Source: Candidatus Poribacteria bacterium
GTDB taxonomy: Bacteria; Poribacteria; WGA-4E; WGA-3G
Length of the DNA stretch: 64,000 bases
Reading direction: 5' to 3'
NCBI GenBank assembly: GCA_965198235.1
Contig: OZ240248.1
Coordinates: 3,072,001-3,136,000 of the forward strand
The notes under the pieces are model-generated. The model was not told the origin of the DNA. It searched no databases and saw nothing but the letters and a program-made list of their open reading frames with translations. Shown here in pieces: positions 39,691-50,513 of the stretch (within the stretch, counting starts at the first letter, position 1; the number at the start of each line of letters is the position of its first letter). Both the position numbers and the translations under genes were made by a program.

Positions 39691-39931
39691 TTTTTTACCT
39701 ATTCGCTCCTGGGCTGCCTTCCCCTATAAACATATCGCCCCGTTGGGGCTAAAATCCAATTGGCTATCGGCGTATTGTCAATCGGAAACCATCATTTTTT
39801 AATTTATGTGCCTCTGAGCATCACTCCACTCCGCTCTGTGTCCCTCCCCAGTAACGGGCGGGGACCCCGGTGTCTGGTCATTTTCAACGGGGCTGAACCC
39901 CGTAGGGGTGAAATGTCTGTAGAGGATACGG

Positions 39932-41161
39932 CTATTCCTCTGACAGGAGTTCCTCAACGCGACATGCCAGATGCCCATCTGCGAGTTGAATCTCAACACT
40001 ATCGCCTATCGACACCTGTTCAGTCGAGGTGAGTACCGCTCCATCTGTTTTCCGACTGATGCTATATCCTCGCTGCAATGTTGCTAACGGACTCAGTGCG
40101 TTTAGGCGTTGCGCAAGTGTGTGAAGATCGCGTTCGCTATCGTTAAGTCGGCGTTCTACAGCCGTCCGGCACGCAGCGTCCAGAGTATCAATTGTTTGGT
40201 AAAGTTGGTAGATAGCGTCCTTACGCCGTGTCGGTGAGAGCCGCGTTTCAAGGTCTTCGAGGCGTGTTTTGTGCGCATCAAATTGTTCATTTATTATTCT
40301 CTGCAGCCCCGCGTCATAGCCATCTAATTGTGCAAGAAGTTCATCCTGATCTGGGACGATATGTTCAATTGCCGCCGAAGGTGTCGGAGCACGGTGATCT
40401 GCCACCATATCGGCGATAGTGAAATCTGTTTCGTGTCCGACAGCAGAGACAACTGGAATCGTGGAAGCGAAAATTGCACGCGCGACGAGTTCTTCGTTAA
40501 ATGCCCAGAGGTCTTCGATTGAACCACCACCCCGACCGACGATTAACACATCTATGTCGTCTCGCTGGTTCATCACTTGTAGTGCATGAGCGATCCCTTC
40601 TGCCGCTCCATCGCCTTGGACAAGTGTTGGATGCAGCAACACTTTGGCTAAGGGATACCGCTTGCGGAGTTGTTGACAGATGTCCTGAAACGCTGCACCT
40701 GTTGCAGACGTAACCACACCGATTTTTTTCGGGAATTCCGGCAACGGTTTTTTGTGATGAACCTCAAATAAGCCCTCTGCGGCGAGTTGCTGTTTCAACT
40801 CTTCAAAGGCTCTCTGCAACGCCCCAATTCCAAGCGGTTCTACCTTATTGGCGTTAATCTGATATTGTCCCCTGGCGGGATAAAGGTTCAGTCGCCCTTG
40901 TACGAGCACTTCCTCGCCGTCCTTCGGCACAAACCGGAGACCGGCGGCACTGCTCCGAAAGATGACAACTTGGATTTGGCTTCTGTCGTCCTTGAGCGTG
41001 AAATAGATATGCCCAGCACTGGATCGACTATAATTCGATACCTGTCCTTGGACCCACACATTTTGTAGGTGTGGCTGCTGTTCTATCAGACTTTTCAGCA
41101 GATCTGTTATTTCACTGACACTACGGACAGTTCTTGTTGGCATGGATATTTCTAATTGCAT
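39932..41161 (-). CDS. xseA: exodeoxyribonuclease VII large subunit
   Basis: GHIYFTLKD, RGGGSIEDLWAFN, GHETDFT, APTPSAA. Confidence 0.96.
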   Translation of the reverse strand: MQLEISMPTRTVRSVSEITDLLKSLIEQQPHLQNVWVQGQVSNYSRSSAGHIYFTLKDDRSQIQVVIFRSSAAGLRFVPKDGEEVLVQGRLNLYPARGQYQINANKVEPLGIGALQRAFEELKQQLAAEGLFEVHHKKPLPEFPKKIGVVTSATGAAFQDICQQLRKRYPLAKVLLHPTLVQGDGAAEGIAHALQVMNQRDDIDVLIVGRGGGSIEDLWAFNEELVARAIFASTIPVVSAVGHETDFTIADMVADHRAPTPSAAIEHIVPDQDELLAQLDGYDAGLQRIINEQFDAHKTRLEDLETRLSPTRRKDAIYQLYQTIDTLDAACRTAVERRLNDSERDLHTLAQRLNALSPLATLQRGYSISRKTDGAVLTSTEQVSIGDSVEIQLADGHLACRVEELLSEE

Positions 41162-41356
41162 ATCTGTTTAAATAGCCATCGGCTCTCGGGTCGCTTCGCT
41201 TTCGGCAGTCGGCTATCACTAAGAGAACCTTTTCACTGACCGCTGACAGAGAACCGATTACTGATGACTCTTCTGTAAGAGCGAGTGTTTTTGCTTGGGT
41301 GTTTCCCTCAGGCTCGCGATCTTGCTGATAACTGATAACTGACAACTGACTGCTGA

Positions 41357-42133
41357 TTAATACTGGTGCTGGATGGGCACAATACTCACTGCCAGCCCTG
41401 TTTGTTCGTCAAGTTCTATCTCGGCACCGCAGAGTTTGACATTCCCTTTGGCGACAGTAAAACGGGTGGGCATCATCGTCAAAAACCGTTTAAGTGAAAA
41501 ATCTATCTGCGTACCGATGACTGAATCATAAGGTCCCGTCATACCGACATCTGTAATGTAGGCGGTCCCTTGTGGAAGGACGCGCGCATCCGCTGTCTGA
41601 ACGTGCGTATGTGTGCCGAGCACCGCTCCTATCCTGCCGTCTGCGTGCCAGCCCATCGCGATTTTTTCAGAGGTCGCCTCTGCATGAAAATCGAGGAGGA
41701 TATAGGGTGTCACCGCTTTCACTTCAGGTAAAATCGAATTGAGTGCGTGAAACGGATTGGTGTAAGGACTCATGAAAATCTGTCCGGCGAGATTGATGAC
41801 ACCGAGTTGAGTTTGCCCGTCATCGGATGCAACAATGGTTACACCGCGCCCAGCGACATCGGTGGGATAATTCGCAGGTCGTATCAGTTGCGGTGTTGTA
41901 TCTATAAAGCTGAAAATCTCTCTATTATCCCAGACATGGTTTCCGGTTGTAATCGCGGAAATCCCGGAAGCCAGAAGTTGGTCAACGGTCTCAAACGTTA
42001 ACCCTTTCCCACCGGCTGTATTCTCTCCGTTTGCAACGATGAAGTCGTATTTGTGCCGGTGTTCTTCCAAAAACTTGATTGTTGCTGCTCTGCCTGGCTT
42101 TCCAACTATATCTCCGATAAACAGTATTCTCAT
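41357..42133 (-). CDS. YmdB/TIGR00282 metallophosphoesterase
   Basis: GDIVGKPG, NGEN, TGNH, DFHAEATSEK, GTHTH. Confidence 0.95.
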   Translation of the reverse strand: MRILFIGDIVGKPGRAATIKFLEEHRHKYDFIVANGENTAGGKGLTFETVDQLLASGISAITTGNHVWDNREIFSFIDTTPQLIRPANYPTDVAGRGVTIVASDDGQTQLGVINLAGQIFMSPYTNPFHALNSILPEVKAVTPYILLDFHAEATSEKIAMGWHADGRIGAVLGTHTHVQTADARVLPQGTAYITDVGMTGPYDSVIGTQIDFSLKRFLTMMPTRFTVAKGNVKLCGAEIELDEQTGLAVSIVPIQHQY

Positions 42134-42194
42134 TTTCCTCCTATCACTTTCTGCGTAATATTGCTATTTCGTCCCTCAACGGTCCTCTTCTTCT

Positions 42195-42300
42195 GTAGGA
42201 GCGAGTGTTTTTGCTTGGGTGTTTCCCTCAGGCTCGCGATCTTGCTGACAACTGACCCGCTGACCCCCCTTCTTCTGTAGGAGCGAGCTGTGCTCGCGAT
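42195..42300 (+). repeat. adjacent filled and empty REP-like hairpins
   Basis: GTAGGAGCGAG[TGTTTTTGCTTGGGTGTTTCC]CTCAGGCTCGCGAT and GTAGGAGCGAGCTGTGCTCGCGAT. Confidence 0.85.
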
Positions 42301-42822
42301 CTATTCTTTTTCTAACGCCGCAAGTGTAAAAACGGATGCGAACGAACAACCGATCGCATTAATTTTCGCCGCGCCGCCTGCCTGTCGATCGATGGCTGCT
42401 ACAACGTGTTCCACCGTATATCCCTCCGCGCGGATCTGCTCAATGGACGTACAAACTTGTCCCGCAGTCGTAATTACATCCTCTATAACAACGAGCGTGC
42501 TTCCTTCTTTAACACCGCCTTCTATGAGGTTGCACGTTCCGTACGTTTTCGCTTCCTTCCGTACGTAGAAACAGGGGAGTCCGGTTTGCAACGAGAGGGC
42601 AGTCGCGAGCGGAATACCCCCTAATTCTAAGCCTGCCAAACCGTCGCATTCGGATGGCAGCAATTTCGCCATCTCTTCGGCAATAGCAGTGAGCAGCGCA
42701 GGGTTGCTCTCGAACCGGTATTTGTCCCAATAGAAGTTGCTGATGTTCCCAGAACGGAGTACGAATTCTCCTGTAAGATATGAGACAGCGCGTATCTGTT
42801 TCGCGAGTTCTGTTTTTGTCAT
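42301..42822 (-). CDS. pyrE: orotate phosphoribosyltransferase
   Basis: GEFVLRSG, VRKEAKTYG, VIEDVITTAG. Confidence 0.92.
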   Translation of the reverse strand: MTKTELAKQIRAVSYLTGEFVLRSGNISNFYWDKYRFESNPALLTAIAEEMAKLLPSECDGLAGLELGGIPLATALSLQTGLPCFYVRKEAKTYGTCNLIEGGVKEGSTLVVIEDVITTAGQVCTSIEQIRAEGYTVEHVVAAIDRQAGGAAKINAIGCSFASVFTLAALEKE

Positions 42823-43124
42823 TCTTTAATTTATTGCTTTTAGTCTGCCCTCCATTTCATTACGGGCAGGTTTTCGGTGCAGTCAATATCCAAACTTAAA
42901 TAGATGCAGGTTTTTAGAGGAGTAGTTGTAGGTATTGGGTGCTCCTATCCCCTTAAAAAACCGTAGATATCCTCAATCGCGTCGGAATTCACCAGATACC
43001 ACCGTGAAATGAAATTAGGTTTCCTTAAATGGCATAATTTTGCTTCGCAGTGTCCCGCAGGTTTCCTATAGAGGAAACTTGCGCAGAATGCTTTACATTT
43101 GGAACGGTGACCAGAGTTAATAGT

Positions 43125-44168
43125 TTAAAATACCTCAATGTGTGCGGTATCTTCTCCCATTACTTCTCCGATAACAGCCGCCTCTGGACAATCAGCCGCA
43201 TGGAGTTCCGCTATCGCCGCGTCGGCGTTCTCTGCGGAAAGTGAAAACAGCAGACCGCCAGACGTTTCCGCCTCCATCAAAATATGATGCATCGCGTCGC
43301 TATCGGTGTGGAAGGTAACCTTATCTGCGAGGAACGTCATATTCGCAAGGTAGGCTTGCGTGTAGGTGTCCTGTGCAACGAGTGCGGGAGCATCGGCAAA
43401 GTAAGGCACAGCACTGCTATCGATCTTTAGGCGAACATCGTTGCCCGCTGCCATTTCCGACGCATGTCCCAACAAGCCGTATCCTGTGACATCTGTACAC
43501 GCACTGGCACCGTACTTCAGCATTACTGCTGATGCAGAGGCATTGAGTCGGGTCATCGATTCGACGAGTTGCGGTAAGATGGCATCGCTGATTTTATCAA
43601 ATTTCAGTCCTGTGGTGAGGATACCGATACCGAGGTTTTTGGTAAGAATCAGCACTTCACCGGGACGCGCACCGTAGTTCTTGACGAATTTCTCTGGATG
43701 CACGATACCCGTTACAGAGAGTCCGTACATCAGTTCTGGGGAATCGACCGTATGTCCACCGACGAGTGCCGCACCCGCCTCAATAGCCTTTTCGGTGCCA
43801 CCTTCGACAATATCGCCGAGGATGGATAGATCCAAGTCAGCCTTGGGCCAGCAGGTGATATTCAATGCCGTTTTCGGAACGCCGCCCATACTGTAGACAT
43901 CACTCAGTGAATTCGTCGCGGCGATCGCACCGAAGGTATATGGATCATCCACGATAGGCGTGAAGTAGTCCACTGTGTTAACGAGAGCGAGTTCGTCAGA
44001 AATGCGGTAGATTCCAGCGTCATCGGAGGTTTCAGTGCCGACAAGTAGGTTCGGATCCGTGGATTTCGGGATTTTACCTAAAATGTGCGCAAGCTCACCC
44101 GGAGCGAGTTTTGATGCTCACCCGGCACATTTGACGGTCGCTGTGAGTCGGATTTTCTCTTGTGTCAT
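43125..44168 (-). CDS. selD: selenophosphate synthetase, selenoprotein (347 aa)
   Basis: ATG 44168 with GAGGTG RBS: MTQEKIRLTATVKCAG-U(TGA 44118-44120)-ASKLAPGEL...SDDAGIY...TVDYFTPIVDDP, in frame with the track ORF; DVTGYGLLGH, ETSGGLL. Confidence 0.93.
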
Positions 44169-44328
44169 AATAGACACCTCGCATTGTCCCGCAAGCCTCT
44201 ATAGGCTTGCGCAGAGCAGTTTTCAGTTTGCCTTGCAGTAAGAGTTTTGGAGTCATTAGCCTGCTTCGTAGTGAGAACAAAGCAGTTTTTTTGCTGATGG
44301 CTGACCGCTGACTGCTGATTGCTAACTG

Positions 44329-45225
44329 TTATTGCAGATCGGACAAAACAGATTTCACGTACGCCACACTCCGACCATCTTGGTGGAACTGGTCGCCGTC
44401 GCGTATACCTTCGATTGCCAGATACCCATCGTAGTTGACATCTAATAACGCCGCAATCGCGAAACGGTAGTCGATTTCACCGTCAGGCAACGTGGCTTGG
44501 ACGTAGATAGCCGTTTCCAGATCCGGGATATGCACGCGATAGAGGCTCTTGCAATGCCAATAGTTGACGTGCTGCGCGAGCGCAGCGATCGCATCTTCGC
44601 ACGATTCCTCTGGAGTATCGTAAGTCCAATAGATGTTGCCTAAGTCGGGATTCACACCGACGTTCGGGGCATCGATTAATTCTAACAGATGCAGTGCCGA
44701 CCAGCTGTTATCCGCAATCGAGTTTTGATGGATTTCTATGGAGATCTCTACCCCTTGATCTGCGGCGATACCGGCGACTTTGCTCACGGCTTTTGCGGTG
44801 CGTTCATAATCCACTGCGCTCGCGAGGCGACTTGACCCTTGCGAGACGGATTCGCCGCGATACGTGCCTTTACCGTTCGGATCGCGGGGTGGCGTGGTAA
44901 CCGTGGAATTGACAACGCCCGCGCCAATCTTCGCAGCGAAATGAACAGCGTTTATCATACTTTGCTTGTTAGCAGCAGCGACACGCGGATGTGCGGCACC
45001 GCCACCGCCGCGAATCGCAACGCATGGAATACCAGCGTCTTCAAGCTCCGAACGGAGCGTCGCAGCTTCAGCGTCAGGAAGGTTGATCGCGGGAAGTTCA
45101 ATTCCATCGAATCCAATCGCTTTGGCATGATCCAAAAACCGTCGTCGGTCTGCCGCATCGGTGGGTAACCCGTCACCGTTGTAAGGGTACGATGCACATC
45201 GTCTAAAAGCGTACGCAATCTTCAT
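44329..45225 (-). CDS. sugar phosphate isomerase/epimerase (TIM barrel)
   Basis: GFDGIEL, IEIH, PDLGN, HCK, GEIDYR...YDGYLAIE. Confidence 0.88.
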   Translation of the reverse strand: MKIAYAFRRCASYPYNGDGLPTDAADRRRFLDHAKAIGFDGIELPAINLPDAEAATLRSELEDAGIPCVAIRGGGGAAHPRVAAANKQSMINAVHFAAKIGAGVVNSTVTTPPRDPNGKGTYRGESVSQGSSRLASAVDYERTAKAVSKVAGIAADQGVEISIEIHQNSIADNSWSALHLLELIDAPNVGVNPDLGNIYWTYDTPEESCEDAIAALAQHVNYWHCKSLYRVHIPDLETAIYVQATLPDGEIDYRFAIAALLDVNYDGYLAIEGIRDGDQFHQDGRSVAYVKSVLSDLQ

Positions 45226-45938
45226 TAAGTTTCTCCTTCAAAGAGGTATGCTACAGCCTGCTGAAACTGTCGAAAGAGTTGAGGGTTTACAGCATCTATT
45301 GCTGCGGGAGTCTTCCGAGCGTCGTTGCTATCGGAGGGTTCTTGTTGAGGTGCGATGTCATTTCCGTCGGATTGGGCATTCGCACCGCTGTCATGTTTAG
45401 ATAGTTTACCACGTACCGCGCTTTTTTGTAAAGCCGCGTCTCGATCGGCGATCGCACCGAGAATACTGCGGTAATACCACGCCTGATCCTCGACACCGCC
45501 GTGAAACCGATCCCATACGGCATCACCGATGACATCGTACTCTGAAATAATCGTGCGTAGGTTATGAAGTTTGTCGGCGCATGTTACGGTGCAGACCTCA
45601 GGACTCGCGGTTCGTAACGCTTCAATCCGTTCGGTCTTGCGGGCGCGCCACCGCAACGCTTTGTTTTCTGAGCAGCCTTCGACAATGTTTGCGATAGCGT
45701 CGCCAAAGCGTTCTCGAATGGATTCCAGTGTCAGATCGGTGTCCTCGACGGTATCGTGCAGGATACCAGCAATAATCATGGCTTCGGTGCATCCTGCTGC
45801 CATTAAAATGATGCCGACGGCGTAAGGGTGTGTGATATAGGGCGTGCAAGTGCCTTTCCGATATTGCCCTTGATGGGCTTCAGCGGCGACTTCTATCGCT
45901 TCTTCGATCTGGTTTTTCCGGGTACCGTTCTGCGTCAT
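45225..45938 (-). CDS. HD-domain small alarmone hydrolase-like protein (Mesh1/SpoT HD)
   Basis: AHQGQYRK...PYITHP...LHDTVEDT...ADKLHN. Confidence 0.85.
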   Translation of the reverse strand: MTQNGTRKNQIEEAIEVAAEAHQGQYRKGTCTPYITHPYAVGIILMAAGCTEAMIIAGILHDTVEDTDLTLESIRERFGDAIANIVEGCSENKALRWRARKTERIEALRTASPEVCTVTCADKLHNLRTIISEYDVIGDAVWDRFHGGVEDQAWYYRSILGAIADRDAALQKSAVRGKLSKHDSGANAQSDGNDIAPQQEPSDSNDARKTPAAIDAVNPQLFRQFQQAVAYLFEGET

Positions 45939-46136
45939 GCGTCGTGTCGTGACTCCGATTCGTGCCTATACTGCCTGAATTTGCTGTTAAAAAATAAAAG
46001 ACTTAAACGTTGTTAAATGATACACTATTTCCCTGAACCCGTCAAGGTGTTTTTTCGTTTTCAGTTATCGGTTATGGGTTATCAGTTAAGAGATTATCGC
46101 CGAACAGAAGTATCTTTCAACTGAAAACTGACAAGT

Positions 46137-46237
46137 CAGGACTTACGCAAATTGAGCACACGGTGGTAGATTTTGCCTTTTAAACCCCCTAAATCCCTCT
46201 TATCAGAGGGACTTCTGAACGCGCTGCGTAAATCCTA
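46137..46237. mobile_element. MITE with target-site duplication
   Basis: IRs AGGACTTACGCA / TGCGTAAATCCT; CAAGT on both flanks (46132-46136, 46238-46242). Confidence 0.75.
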
Positions 46238-46360
46238 CAAGTAACAACCCCGTAGAATGAATCTCTGAATCCCGACATCTGACTGCTGATAACTGACTGC
46301 TATTCTGCTGACAACTGACAACTGATAACTGATAACCGACAACTAACACAAGGAAATATT

Positions 46361-47821
46361 ATGACAACACTTGCTATCGCTGGCATCATGCACGAATCTA
46401 ACACATTTAGCGACACCCCGACCGATGCCGCTGCGTTCTCCCAAACCTATGCCAGTAATATGATAAAGCGCTGGGAAGAAGCACATCACGAAATAAGTGG
46501 ATTTATTCAAGGCGCGACAGAGTTCGATTATACGATTTATCCGATCTTCATGGCTTCTGCCATGCCAGCAGGACGCGTGACGGACGATGTGTTTGACCGG
46601 CTCACTGAGATGTTAATCCAGCACCTCAAAGCCGCACCGAAACATGAAGGACTCCTCCTCGCACTGCACGGCGCGATGGTCGTCGAGAGTTATCCCGACG
46701 GCGATGGCGAGGTGTTACGCCGGCTTCGGGATGCCTTCGGTCGAGACTTCCCGATTGTTGTCACGCTTGATCAGCACGTGAACGTCTCTGAGCAGATGGT
46801 CGCCGAATCGACGGCACTCGTGATTTACAAGACAACGCCGCACATCGATCAACGCCAACGCGGACTACAGGCAGCAGAATTGATGATGCGAATACTCCGG
46901 GAAGGGGTTACACCAACGCAAGCACTCGCCAAACCACCGATGCTCCTCAATATCCTGTATCATGTCACCAGCGTGCCACCGATGGCACCTATTCTCAACG
47001 CCGCGAAGCAGTTAGAAGAAGATCCGAGTATCCTCGTCGGAAACGTCGCCGTGGGCTATCCGTATGCCGATGTCCATGAGGCGGGACCGTCCTTCGTTGT
47101 TGTCACTGACGACGACCCGCAACTCGCGCAAAGTGAAGCCGATCGCCTATCCGACATGCTATGGAATGTCCGCGGACAACTCACGCTCGATCTTCCCGAT
47201 GCCGCGCAGGCAGTCGAGCAAGCCATCCAATCTGAAAGCCCTCCCGTTATTCTTGTCGAAATGGGTGATAATATAGGCGGTGGCTCACCGGGGGATAGCA
47301 CCTTCATTTTAGCGGAGCTGGTCCGGCAGGGAGCATCCGGATTTGCCGTTGTCGTCTTTGACCCAGAGGCTGTCCAAAGTTGTATTCAGGCGGGTGTCGG
47401 TGGGAATGTTTCCCTTGAAGTCGGCGGAAAAGCGGACAACCAACACGGGGACCCCGTCCCGATTCGCGGCAATGTTCGCCTCATCCATGACGGTCAGTTC
47501 ATAGAGACACAGCCTCGGCACGGTGGACAGAGATACCACGATCAAGGCTTGACGACTGTCGTTGCGGTAGGGGATTCTTTGGTTGTGCTGACGAGTCAGC
47601 GACAGACACCGTTTAGTCTCCAGCAGTTGTTGAGCCTCGGCATCGATCCGACGGAGATGCGGATGATCGTCGTCAAAGCCGCGGTCGCCTACCGCGCCGC
47701 CTATGAACCCATCGCCGGGCAGATTATCGAGGTAGACACACCCGGGCTGACCGCAGTGAACCCACTACACTTTGAATATCATGACATCCGGCGACCGCTG
47801 TTTCCATTAGATGACGTGTAG
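46361..47821 (+). CDS. M81/MlrC-family metallopeptidase
   Basis: HESNTF, LHGAM, DGDGE, PHID, DNIGGG, VVKAAVAYRA. Confidence 0.92.
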   Translation: MTTLAIAGIMHESNTFSDTPTDAAAFSQTYASNMIKRWEEAHHEISGFIQGATEFDYTIYPIFMASAMPAGRVTDDVFDRLTEMLIQHLKAAPKHEGLLLALHGAMVVESYPDGDGEVLRRLRDAFGRDFPIVVTLDQHVNVSEQMVAESTALVIYKTTPHIDQRQRGLQAAELMMRILREGVTPTQALAKPPMLLNILYHVTSVPPMAPILNAAKQLEEDPSILVGNVAVGYPYADVHEAGPSFVVVTDDDPQLAQSEADRLSDMLWNVRGQLTLDLPDAAQAVEQAIQSESPPVILVEMGDNIGGGSPGDSTFILAELVRQGASGFAVVVFDPEAVQSCIQAGVGGNVSLEVGGKADNQHGDPVPIRGNVRLIHDGQFIETQPRHGGQRYHDQGLTTVVAVGDSLVVLTSQRQTPFSLQQLLSLGIDPTEMRMIVVKAAVAYRAAYEPIAGQIIEVDTPGLTAVNPLHFEYHDIRRPLFPLDDV

Positions 47822-48098
47822 GAATATTTTTGTCTGAATCGCAGATTCTCACGGATGACGCGGATTGAAAGAGGTTTTGGTATGTAGATCGTCGTAGCCC
47901 GTAGGGGCGGTATCTATGTAGAACCGCGTCCACCCACACATCTTAGCCCCAGCGGGGCGACAGGTGTATGACTGCCCGATTTCCTGTGTAACGAAACATT
48001 GGCATCAATGGCTAATATGCTGTACAATAATTTATGGATATCCCGTTGATTATAGGCGCGGCTTGCAACCGCACCGGGTTGAACAAGGAGGTAAAACC

Positions 48099-48716
48099 GT
48101 GGCATTTAGCGATTTCAAAACACTCTCTGAAGTGCAAGAGAAATTCAGAATTACATACGCCGAAGATGACTTCGTCATGGCTGAAACGTCACCCCCTTCG
48201 GCAGAATTCCTACGAGACTTTGAATTTACCCGAGAGCATATCCATGTTTTAGCGTCTGAAGCAGCGCGGTGTGAGACAATTATTTTCCCTGTTCTGAAGG
48301 AGAGTTACAAAGCCTATGCCGATCGATACGCCCTCTGGATAAAGCAATCCATTGCTTACGATGAGGTCTTAAATGGAACGCCAGACTATTTTATCTCTAC
48401 TCGATCTGAATTGGGCAAAACCGTTATAGGAAGTCCGCTGATACTCCTTGTTGAGGCAAAAAAAAACGACTTTGAGCAGGGATGGGGGCAATGTCTGGCA
48501 GAGTTAGTCGCTGCCCAAAAAATAAATGCAAAAAAAATGGATGACGGTACTACTTTCCCCGTATACGGCATTGTCACCGATGGAACGCTGTGGCAATTTG
48601 GACGACTTATCGGAGATACCTTTACCCAAAACAGAACGGACTTTGCGCTGGCTAGCTTACCGACACTTTTTGGAGCGGTTGATTCTGTGTTCAAAGCCGT
48701 AACAGGTATGAATTGA
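48099..48716 (+). CDS. PD-(D/E)xK / HsdR-N-like hypothetical protein
   Basis: GTPDYF...LVEAKK...GWGQCLAELVAAQ...YGIVTDG..WQF; GTG start with AGGAGG. Confidence 0.8.
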   Translation: MAFSDFKTLSEVQEKFRITYAEDDFVMAETSPPSAEFLRDFEFTREHIHVLASEAARCETIIFPVLKESYKAYADRYALWIKQSIAYDEVLNGTPDYFISTRSELGKTVIGSPLILLVEAKKNDFEQGWGQCLAELVAAQKINAKKMDDGTTFPVYGIVTDGTLWQFGRLIGDTFTQNRTDFALASLPTLFGAVDSVFKAVTGMN

Positions 48717-48741
48717 AAAGGTGCATTAGGAACAGCATATT

Positions 48742-49551
48742 TTAGGTGCGTGCTTGCAGGCGGGCGAGTTGCTCTCGAAGTTGTGCGGCTTCTGCTTCCG
48801 CTTGCTGTCGTGCGTTAGCTTCTTGTTGGGCGCGTGCTTCTGCAGTCTCGGCGCGTGCTTCTGCAGTCTCGGCACGGGCTTCTGCAGTCTCGGCACGGGC
48901 GGTTTCCTCCTGTCGTGCGTTAGCTTCTTGTTGGGCGCGTGCCTCTGCAGCCTCGGCAGCGGTTTGGATCCACTCCCCCGCAGCCGGAGAATAAATTCCT
49001 AAATGCTCACCACGCAAGTGGAAATCTAAATCCAACACACTTGAGCGGATCCCATCCTCAGCACCCGCCGGAATATTTACATACGCACCATTAATCAACT
49101 CAAACCCCATCAACTGGGATGGTAAATAAAGTCCCTCCGCATCATATAGGAAATAGTCACCAATACCCAATCTCGCGTATATTTCCATCTTACTTGTTAA
49201 ATCATTCTCAAAGGTGCTTTCGCTTGTGAACTCCATCACAAAGTCCGGGGACTTCCCTTCCTCCCATATCTTATAGGTGCGTCGCTTCTTGTTGCCTATC
49301 CCGAAAGCAACGAGGACATCTGGTGAAACTGCTGTGCGATGTGGGCCCTCTACGTCATACATCATAATATCGCCGGAGATATAGACCCCCGGCACTCGCG
49401 AAAAATGTGCCTCAAGTGCCTGTAGTGTCCAGATGAGCAAGGCTCTGTGAAGGTCAGTAGCCGCCATAGGTTTTCCATCCGTTTCAGGGTAAAGTTCCGC
49501 CGCGTCTGTGGGTACGTAAGGAATCTGGTCCCTGTTTGGGTAAGTCGCCAT
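48742..49551 (-). CDS. Uma2-family endonuclease with coiled-coil repeat tail
   Basis: YPETDGKPMA, SPDVLV, PDFVMEFTS, YFLYD; AETAEAR x3. Confidence 0.9.
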   Translation of the reverse strand: MATYPNRDQIPYVPTDAAELYPETDGKPMAATDLHRALLIWTLQALEAHFSRVPGVYISGDIMMYDVEGPHRTAVSPDVLVAFGIGNKKRRTYKIWEEGKSPDFVMEFTSESTFENDLTSKMEIYARLGIGDYFLYDAEGLYLPSQLMGFELINGAYVNIPAGAEDGIRSSVLDLDFHLRGEHLGIYSPAAGEWIQTAAEAAEARAQQEANARQEETARAETAEARAETAEARAETAEARAQQEANARQQAEAEAAQLREQLARLQART

Positions 49552-50513
49552 TATGTGTTTCTCCTGTTCCGTAAGATGCCTGAAAACAGGTGTTAAGGTT
49601 TTAACTCTGGGGTTGCATCGTGTGTTAAGTATATCCTAAAATCGCGGTTTTGTCAAGGATTTTTCAATGTTGCATAGGGGCATTCAGTTCTTCTGTAGGA
49701 GGGGGAAACACCCAAGCAAAAACACTCCGAATCCAGACTTCTATCCCTCCGATAGGCACGATTCACGGAGGCTTCACGGAGGGTTTTCTAAGGTCAGGTG
49801 GGACGTGGGTTCGTGAAACGCAACATGTCCTTTCTCCGTGAAAATACGAAATGATAAATTAGAATTAACGAAATATCTCATACAAATAGTGCCGTAGGGA
49901 CGATGTGTTTATAGAATATTTTGTCTGAATCGCGGATTGTCGCGGATGACACGGATGACGCGGATTTTTTATTGTGGGGGGTCGTTGTCTGAATCAGGAT
50001 TTTCAGGATTAAAGGATTTGCAGGAGAGTCGCCAATAGCCCTCTTTGCTCCAGCAGAGCAATATTGTTTCGCAGTGAGAATAGCAAAGGATACCCCGTAA
50101 TACCCGCAAGCCGAAGAAAGTGCTATGTGGCTCGTTTACCCTATGTGTAATGGTTGTTGATGGTTGTTTTCGTCTGAATCGCGGATTGTCGCGGATGACA
50201 CGGATGACGCGGATTGGAAGAGGTTTTAGTATGTAGATTGTCGTAGCCCCGTAGGGGCGGTATCTGTGTAGAAACTCGCCACCCACACATCTTAGCCCCA
50301 GCGGGGGTTTTTGCTTGGGTGTTTCTTCAAAATATGTGCATAGAACCGCTTTCCAATGGCTGGTGATCCAACGCGGCAAGACAAACATTGAGCATATTTT
50401 CCACCTCTTCCCGCGTATCATCACGCAACGGACCCGAAAGTGCCGCACAATAAAGACTTGGTTTCATGAAGGGTCTGCAACGTTCAAAGCTCTCTAATCC
50501 TGCAAATCCTGAT

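Noticed and set aside
43125-43973. N-terminally truncated selD
   Set aside because: The frame extends to ATG 44168 through a Sec codon.
48780-48960. 21-bp repeats in the Uma2 gene as a mobile array
   Set aside because: Ordinary coiled-coil tail expansion typical of this family.
49969-50448. 159-aa ORF
   Set aside because: Made almost entirely of repeat elements.
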